The notes beneath the pieces are model-generated. The model did no database searches. It was not told where the DNA came from and saw only the letters and a program-made list of their open reading frames with translations. The position numbers and the translations under genes are program-made. Of a stretch of 64,000 nt of DNA, positions 59,368-64,000 are shown piece after piece. The DNA is taken from contig JAIYCU010000020.1 in the NCBI GenBank assembly GCA_027487835.1, positions 10,970 to 74,969 of the forward strand. The letters run 5' to 3'. How positions within the stretch are numbered: the stretch's first letter is position 1; each line of letters starts with the position of its first letter. Origin of the DNA: Bacteroidota bacterium. Its GTDB lineage: Bacteria > Bacteroidota > Bacteroidia > UKL13-3.

Positions 59368-60852
59368 TTATTGAATGATCAGCTTTTGAATTTGCGTTTG
59401 ATTTTCGCTAATTACTTTTAAGAGGTAAGTGCCAGTTGCCAAGTTAGAAATTGCGCTTAAATCTAAACTATACTTTGCTTGCGTACTGGTATCAACGTCT
59501 TTGTTGTAAATTAATTTACCTGTAAGGTCTAATAAACTAATTGAAAGCACTTTTGTGCCATTGGTATTAATTTGTACCCATTCATTTTTACCTACAGGGT
59601 TAGGATATACTAGCAAAGGATTAGCCACCACACCTTTGGTTTCTCCAAGGCTATTGGCCAATTGGTAACAAATCTTTAATTGAGGCCATTTTGTTTGGTC
59701 CTGATGGTCGGAGTTAGCAAAAATTAAACTTCTAAATTTAACCTCATCCACTAATTTGAGCATCATGCCAAAACTAGAATTTTTATTGTTGTACATATCA
59801 GCCACCAAATTTTTAACATCAATATTTAAATAATTTTGGGTGGAAGAATTACTTTCAGGTAGATTAACTCTATTAGTTGCACTTGTAGTAGGTTGGTTAT
59901 TCCAATTTACAGAATTTTCATCCCAAGTGCTGGTGATTCTTTCAAGAAAACACGCGTTTGAACCTGATAGGGTAGAATGCAATTGCGGATGGTCTGAGGT
60001 GGTATTGCAATATAAATTCAGGTAAGCTTCTGTAATGGTAGCATTCGCTGGAATACCGCTTAGGTCGAAATCAATTAAAGCCCTTGAAACAAATTCACCT
60101 CCACTTGTCCAAGCAATAGCCGCAAAATTTGGATAGCTTCCATAATTTGTAGTTGGTGTATTAGAGGTAATCCAAGCATCTTTACCCGCTGTAGCACCTG
60201 GCCTTAAAGTAATGCAAGGGTCGTTTGAAGGTAATTTATACGTAATTACAAGTTTTGGTCTTTTATTAGCATTAATATGTTCTGAGTTAGCAAAAACTAA
60301 ACTTCTAAACTTTTGTTCGGTTGCCAATTTTATCATAAATCCATGATTATTTGTTGGATTGGCAAGCATATCAGTTACCCAATTTTGAACATTAATGTCA
60401 AGGTAATCTTGTGTGGCAGTAGTAGAGGCTGCTAAAGTAATTTGATCTACTATGCTTGTATTAGGTTGATTGTTCCAATTAACCCCAAATTCTGTCCAAC
60501 TATTAGTGATTCTTTGTAGAAAACAGGTATTAGCTCCTGATAAAGTAGAGTGCAATTGCGAGTGGTCTGAGGTTGTATTGCAATACAATGATAGTTTTGC
60601 TTCAAGGATAATAGCATTGCTTGGAATACTGCTAAAATCAAATTGCATTAATCCTCTCGACACAAAATCACCGCCGCTGCTCCACGCAATGGCTGCAAAG
60701 TTGGCATAGTTTCCAAAGTTTGTAGTAGGTACATTTGAACTAATCCAAGCATCTTTTCCTTTGGTTGAATCTGGTTGTAATGTAACTGTAGTTTGTGCAT
60801 AGCCTGTTGCTGTTAAAGCAAGCATTAAGGCAATTTGTAAGGCTTTCTTCAT
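59368..60852 (-). CDS. Secreted protein with two tandem DNRLRE-like domains and a T9SS C-terminal sorting domain
   Basis: Signal MKKALQIALMLALTATGYAQ; two ~190-aa internal repeats (…GKDAWI(S/T)SN…NFAAIAW…FD(F/L)S(S/G)IP…LYCNTTSDH…VNWNNQP); C-terminal VYPNPVGKNEWVQI...GTYLLKVISE. Confidence 0.7.
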   Translation of the reverse strand: MKKALQIALMLALTATGYAQTTVTLQPDSTKGKDAWISSNVPTTNFGNYANFAAIAWSSGGDFVSRGLMQFDFSSIPSNAIILEAKLSLYCNTTSDHSQLHSTLSGANTCFLQRITNSWTEFGVNWNNQPNTSIVDQITLAASTTATQDYLDINVQNWVTDMLANPTNNHGFMIKLATEQKFRSLVFANSEHINANKRPKLVITYKLPSNDPCITLRPGATAGKDAWITSNTPTTNYGSYPNFAAIAWTSGGEFVSRALIDFDLSGIPANATITEAYLNLYCNTTSDHPQLHSTLSGSNACFLERITSTWDENSVNWNNQPTTSATNRVNLPESNSSTQNYLNIDVKNLVADMYNNKNSSFGMMLKLVDEVKFRSLIFANSDHQDQTKWPQLKICYQLANSLGETKGVVANPLLVYPNPVGKNEWVQINTNGTKVLSISLLDLTGKLIYNKDVDTSTQAKYSLDLSAISNLATGTYLLKVISENQTQIQKLIIQ

Positions 60853-60871
60853 GGGATTGGTTTTATAAGAT

Positions 60872-61771
60872 TTATTTATAGACTTCAATAATCATTCTAT
60901 CGCCTGGTACCCCAAACCATTTGGTTAAATAGTAATTGAGGTATTGAAAGGCCAGCTTAAATGTATTTTCTGCAAAGTTTCCTCTTAATGTAATAGTGCT
61001 GGGTGGCTTTATATCTTCTTTGATAATAATTTTCTTGAACCCACATTTCTCAAACATAGTTCTAGCGGTTTTGGCATTGAACTCTGTTAAATGATAGGGT
61101 GGGATATACATGGTTTTTTGTGAACCTATCAATTTATAAATGAAGAAGGCAATCCTACTAGAAATTAGGTTAAGTGTGCCTGGTAATTGAATTAAGGCAA
61201 CCCCGCCTGGCTTTAGAATTTTATAGGTTAATTCCATTGCCTCTGTTGGGTTGGTAAAATGTTCAAGAACATCGCCCATCATAATTACATCAAAGTAATT
61301 TTCATCCAATTCTTTGTTAATTAAATCAACAGAATAGGGTTTATTGATGATGTTAATGCCAAAATTTTTCCTGCCAAATTCTGCGGCAAAGGTTGACAAT
61401 TCTATTCCTTTTACATTGTAACCGTTTTTGCTTAGGACATAAATAAAATTTCCAGTAGCGCAACCCACATCCAGAATATTTCCTGATTCGCAATACTTTT
61501 TTATTTGCTGAATGCCTTCTTGGTAATCCCCTTTGCTCAAAATTTCTAGGTAAGAAACCTCCATATGGTGGGTTTGCTTATCGTCTGAGGTAAAATAATC
61601 ATCTTCATACATTTCTTTTATTTCTTCATCACTTGGCCTAGGCCATATAGAAACTAAAGAGCAGCTATTACAAGAAACACCCCATAAAAATCTATCCTTG
61701 AATGCATACCTAAAAGGAATTGTCTTTCCATCTTCACCACCACATAGGTTGCATTTAAACTTTACATTCAT
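60872..61771 (-). CDS. Class I SAM-dependent methyltransferase with N-terminal Cys4 zinc-ribbon
   Basis: CNLCGG...CNSC; LDVGCATGNF motif I. Confidence 0.75.
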   Translation of the reverse strand: MNVKFKCNLCGGEDGKTIPFRYAFKDRFLWGVSCNSCSLVSIWPRPSDEEIKEMYEDDYFTSDDKQTHHMEVSYLEILSKGDYQEGIQQIKKYCESGNILDVGCATGNFIYVLSKNGYNVKGIELSTFAAEFGRKNFGINIINKPYSVDLINKELDENYFDVIMMGDVLEHFTNPTEAMELTYKILKPGGVALIQLPGTLNLISSRIAFFIYKLIGSQKTMYIPPYHLTEFNAKTARTMFEKCGFKKIIIKEDIKPPSTITLRGNFAENTFKLAFQYLNYYLTKWFGVPGDRMIIEVYK

Positions 61772-61885
61772 GTATCAAAAATTGCGATTTAACTAAGTAT
61801 GCAAGTATAAAATTATAATTTCAAAAAACCTTTTTTAACGCCATTTTTTGATGAATAACAATTAAAAGTTTTGTTATTTTGAGCG

Positions 61886-62419
61886 ATGAGTACAATTGCA
61901 CTTCACCAGCTAAATTTTAATAAATTTATAGATAAAGAAACTATCCAAAATAGGATAATAAGTTTGGCCGCAGAAATTACCCAAGAAATGCGAGACGAAA
62001 ATCCATTATTTATTGTGGTTTTAAATGGCTCCTTCATCTTTGCAGCCGATTTGTTGAGGCATCTTGATTTCGCCTGTGAAATTGAATTCGTAAAAGTTAG
62101 CAGCTACGCTGGCACCCAAAGCACAGGCGTGGTTAAACAAGTGATAGGGTTAAATCAATCCATCGAAAATAGATCCATTATTATCCTAGAAGATATCATC
62201 GATTCTGGATTAACCATTGATTTTTTACTTCAGGACTTGTCTCGGTTCAAACCGAAAGAAATTAAAATTTGCAGTTTGTTATTAAAACCAGAAGCCTTAC
62301 TTGTAAAGCTTCTGGTTCATTATATTGGCTTTGAAGTTGCCAATGATTTTTTAGTAGGATATGGCTTAGATTATAATGGACTTGGTAGAAATTTACCGCA
62401 TATTTATAAAGCGGTTTGA
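61886..62419 (+). CDS. hpt: Hypoxanthine phosphoribosyltransferase
   Basis: IIILEDIIDSGLT PRPP-binding motif; 177 aa. Confidence 0.9.
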   Translation: MSTIALHQLNFNKFIDKETIQNRIISLAAEITQEMRDENPLFIVVLNGSFIFAADLLRHLDFACEIEFVKVSSYAGTQSTGVVKQVIGLNQSIENRSIIILEDIIDSGLTIDFLLQDLSRFKPKEIKICSLLLKPEALLVKLLVHYIGFEVANDFLVGYGLDYNGLGRNLPHIYKAV

Positions 62420-62432
62420 ACCTAGCGTTTGC

Positions 62433-62882
62433 TTAGGCCATTTTTACATTTACAGCCTGTGGACCTTTATGATTAGTTTCAATTTCGAAACTTACCTTGT
62501 TGCCTTCTTTAATATTTACTGTTAAACCAGACGAATGCACAAAAACACCTTCTTTGGTTTTATCATCTTTGATAAATCCATAGCCTTTGCTATCGTTGAA
62601 AAATGTTACAATCCCTGTGCGATACGGATCGTAAATTTCAGCCACTTGCTTGGCTACCCCAATTTCAATGTCTTCTAGTTTAAATTCTTTTTTTCTACTC
62701 GGATCTGGTGGAACAGAAGTTAAATTTCCATTCTCATCCACATAAGCCATCATGTGCTCAATGCCCATACCCTTGGCAGAACTAGCTTTTCTTTGCTCTT
62801 TCTTTTCTTCTTTTTCTTTACGCTTGCGTACTTTTTGTTTTTCTTTTTCCTTCTTGCTGAAGGTTTCTTGTGATTTTGCCAT
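62433..62882 (-). CDS. Cold-shock-domain protein with Lys/Glu-rich N-terminal extension
   Basis: C-terminal GIVTFFNDSKGYGFIKDD...VFVHSSG CSD (RNP1-like motif); N-terminal KEKEKQKVRKRKEKEEKKEQRK. Confidence 0.8.
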   Translation of the reverse strand: MAKSQETFSKKEKEKQKVRKRKEKEEKKEQRKASSAKGMGIEHMMAYVDENGNLTSVPPDPSRKKEFKLEDIEIGVAKQVAEIYDPYRTGIVTFFNDSKGYGFIKDDKTKEGVFVHSSGLTVNIKEGNKVSFEIETNHKGPQAVNVKMA

Positions 62883-62972
62883 ATAAGTGAACAAAGATAA
62901 CTGATTATCTGATAGATTTTTGGTTTTTTAATAAAAATCATTTGTCATACCCAAAATATACTATTTATTCGC

Positions 62973-63560
62973 ATGAAAATTAATACTATGCTCAATCTTG
63001 TACTTTTTGGCCCTCCGGGCGCAGGTAAAGGCACCCAATCTGCCAAGCTTATCGAGAAATACCAATTAGTTCACCTTTCTACGGGTGATATTTTTAGAGC
63101 AAATATTAAAGGGGGGACCGATTTAGGTGTTTTGGCTAAAAGTTATATCGACGCGGGTAAATTGGTTCCAGATGAAGTTACCATTGGGATGCTTGCCCAA
63201 GAAGTTAATCAATCGCCAAATGCAAAAGGTTTTATTTTTGATGGTTTCCCAAGAACCTCTGCGCAGGCAGAAGCCCTAGATGTTTTGCTTGCTGAAAAAG
63301 GTACAGGCATTGCTATGATGCTTGCTTTAGAAGTAGAGGAGGAAGAACTTAAGAAACGTTTACTCATTAGAGGGAAAGACAGCGGCCGTGCAGACGACCA
63401 AGACCCTGCCATAATTCAAAATAGAATTAATGTTTATAATGCCGAAACAATGCCAGTTAAGTTATTTTATGAAGTGCAAGGAAAATACTATGGCATCAAC
63501 GGAATTGGCGAGATTGAGTCAATTTTTGAGGCACTTTGTAGCCATATAGACAAAGCATAA
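62973..63560 (+). CDS. adk: Adenylate kinase (true start may be the Met at 62988)
   Basis: LVLFGPPGAGKGTQ P-loop; LID and AMP-binding regions. Confidence 0.92.
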   Translation: MKINTMLNLVLFGPPGAGKGTQSAKLIEKYQLVHLSTGDIFRANIKGGTDLGVLAKSYIDAGKLVPDEVTIGMLAQEVNQSPNAKGFIFDGFPRTSAQAEALDVLLAEKGTGIAMMLALEVEEEELKKRLLIRGKDSGRADDQDPAIIQNRINVYNAETMPVKLFYEVQGKYYGINGIGEIESIFEALCSHIDKA

Positions 63561-63581
63561 TATTTTCGTCCTTTGTGGTAA

Positions 63582-63613
63582 GGCCTGCAAAAACTATCTT
63601 TGCAGGCCTTTTT
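63582..63613 (+). terminator. Rho-independent terminator after adk
   Basis: GGCCTGCAAA-aactatc-TTTGCAGGCC followed by TTTTT. Confidence 0.85.
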
Positions 63614-63625
63614 AATTTATACACC

Positions 63626-64000
63626 ATGGCCGATTCTAATTTTGTTGATTACGTAAAAATCTGTTGCCGCAGCGGAAAAGGCGGAGCAGGTGCCATGCAC
63701 TTTCACCGTGATAAACATACCACTAAAGGCGGACCAGACGGCGGCGATGGCGGCCGTGGTGGAAATATTATCTTAAAAGGTAGCGCAAATGTTTGGACCC
63801 TTTTGCACCTAAAGTTTAGAAAACATATTATTGCTTCTCCTGGAAATAACGGAGAATCTGCGCTTAGAAGTGGCAAGGACGGTAAGGATGAAATTATTGA
63901 AGTGCCACTGGGAACTGTTGCTAAAGATGCTGAAACAGGCACTGTTTTATTTGAGATTACAAAGGTTGGAGAAACACATATTCTATTATCTGGTGGAAGA
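63626..64000 (+). CDS. obg: GTPase Obg, N-terminal part (runs off the window end)
   Basis: MADSNFVDYVKICCRSGKGGAGAMHFHRDKH...GGPDGGDGGRGGNIIL, the Obg-fold glycine-rich N-terminal domain; no stop before the window end. Confidence 0.88.
   Translation, partial: MADSNFVDYVKICCRSGKGGAGAMHFHRDKHTTKGGPDGGDGGRGGNIILKGSANVWTLLHLKFRKHIIASPGNNGESALRSGKDGKDEIIEVPLGTVAKDAETGTVLFEITKVGETHILLSGGR

Noticed and set aside
63703-63942. 79-aa minus-strand ORF rich in Pro/Ser/Gly
   Set aside because: Antisense shadow of the glycine-rich N-terminal domain of obg.
1-64000. Mobile elements, prophage, defence islands
   Set aside because: No integrase, transposase, phage structural, restriction-modification or toxin-antitoxin signatures recognisable; gene content is housekeeping with conserved operon logic, so no mobile element is called.

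Overview
AT-rich (about 35% GC) chromosomal core region that looks like a Bacteroidota (Flavobacteriia-like) genome. Supporting clues are four secreted proteins with type IX secretion C-terminal sorting domains, a GLPGLI-family gene next to a TonB-dependent receptor-like gene, and a TTG-N19-TAnnTTTG style promoter. I see no rRNA, tRNA or CRISPR array and no integrase or transposase, so the region is chromosomal core rather than a mobile island.

Gene order:
- rpoC 3' end, then selD (Cys-type selenophosphate synthetase).
- An envelope glycan block: waaA, an outer-membrane protein, ugd and a UDP-xylose synthase.
- A KirBac-like K+ channel.
- DNA repair and replication genes: uvrB, cinA, mfd, mutS2, dnaB, holA, surE.
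- A Lys/Ala-repeat histone-H1-like gene.
- A complete caa3-type cytochrome c oxidase locus (coxII with fused cytochrome c, coxI, ctaA, ctaB, two coxIII paralogs, coxIV, SCO1, DUF420 and small thiol/zinc-ribbon accessory ORFs).
- A peptide-utilisation locus (DPP-IV plus two tandem POT transporters).
- Metal transporters (ZIP, CDF), then hpt, a cold-shock-domain protein, adk and the obg 5' end.

Most notable in the hunt is a 10-mer, GGTTTGAACC (= GGTTCAAACC on the other strand), that is present at least 14 times exactly and about 25 more times with one mismatch. It occurs on both strands, in all three coding frames and in non-coding DNA. A rough expectation is under 0.1 copies for this window, so this looks like a genome-wide oligomer signal (uptake-signal-like, Chi-like or a global binding site) that I cannot match to any named motif. 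Other oddities are a 22-nt homopolymer T tract with a cryptic zinc-ribbon reading frame beside it, a perfect 24-bp palindrome terminator, an internal tandem domain duplication in one T9SS cargo gene, and a cold-shock protein with a Lys/Glu-rich N-terminal extension.
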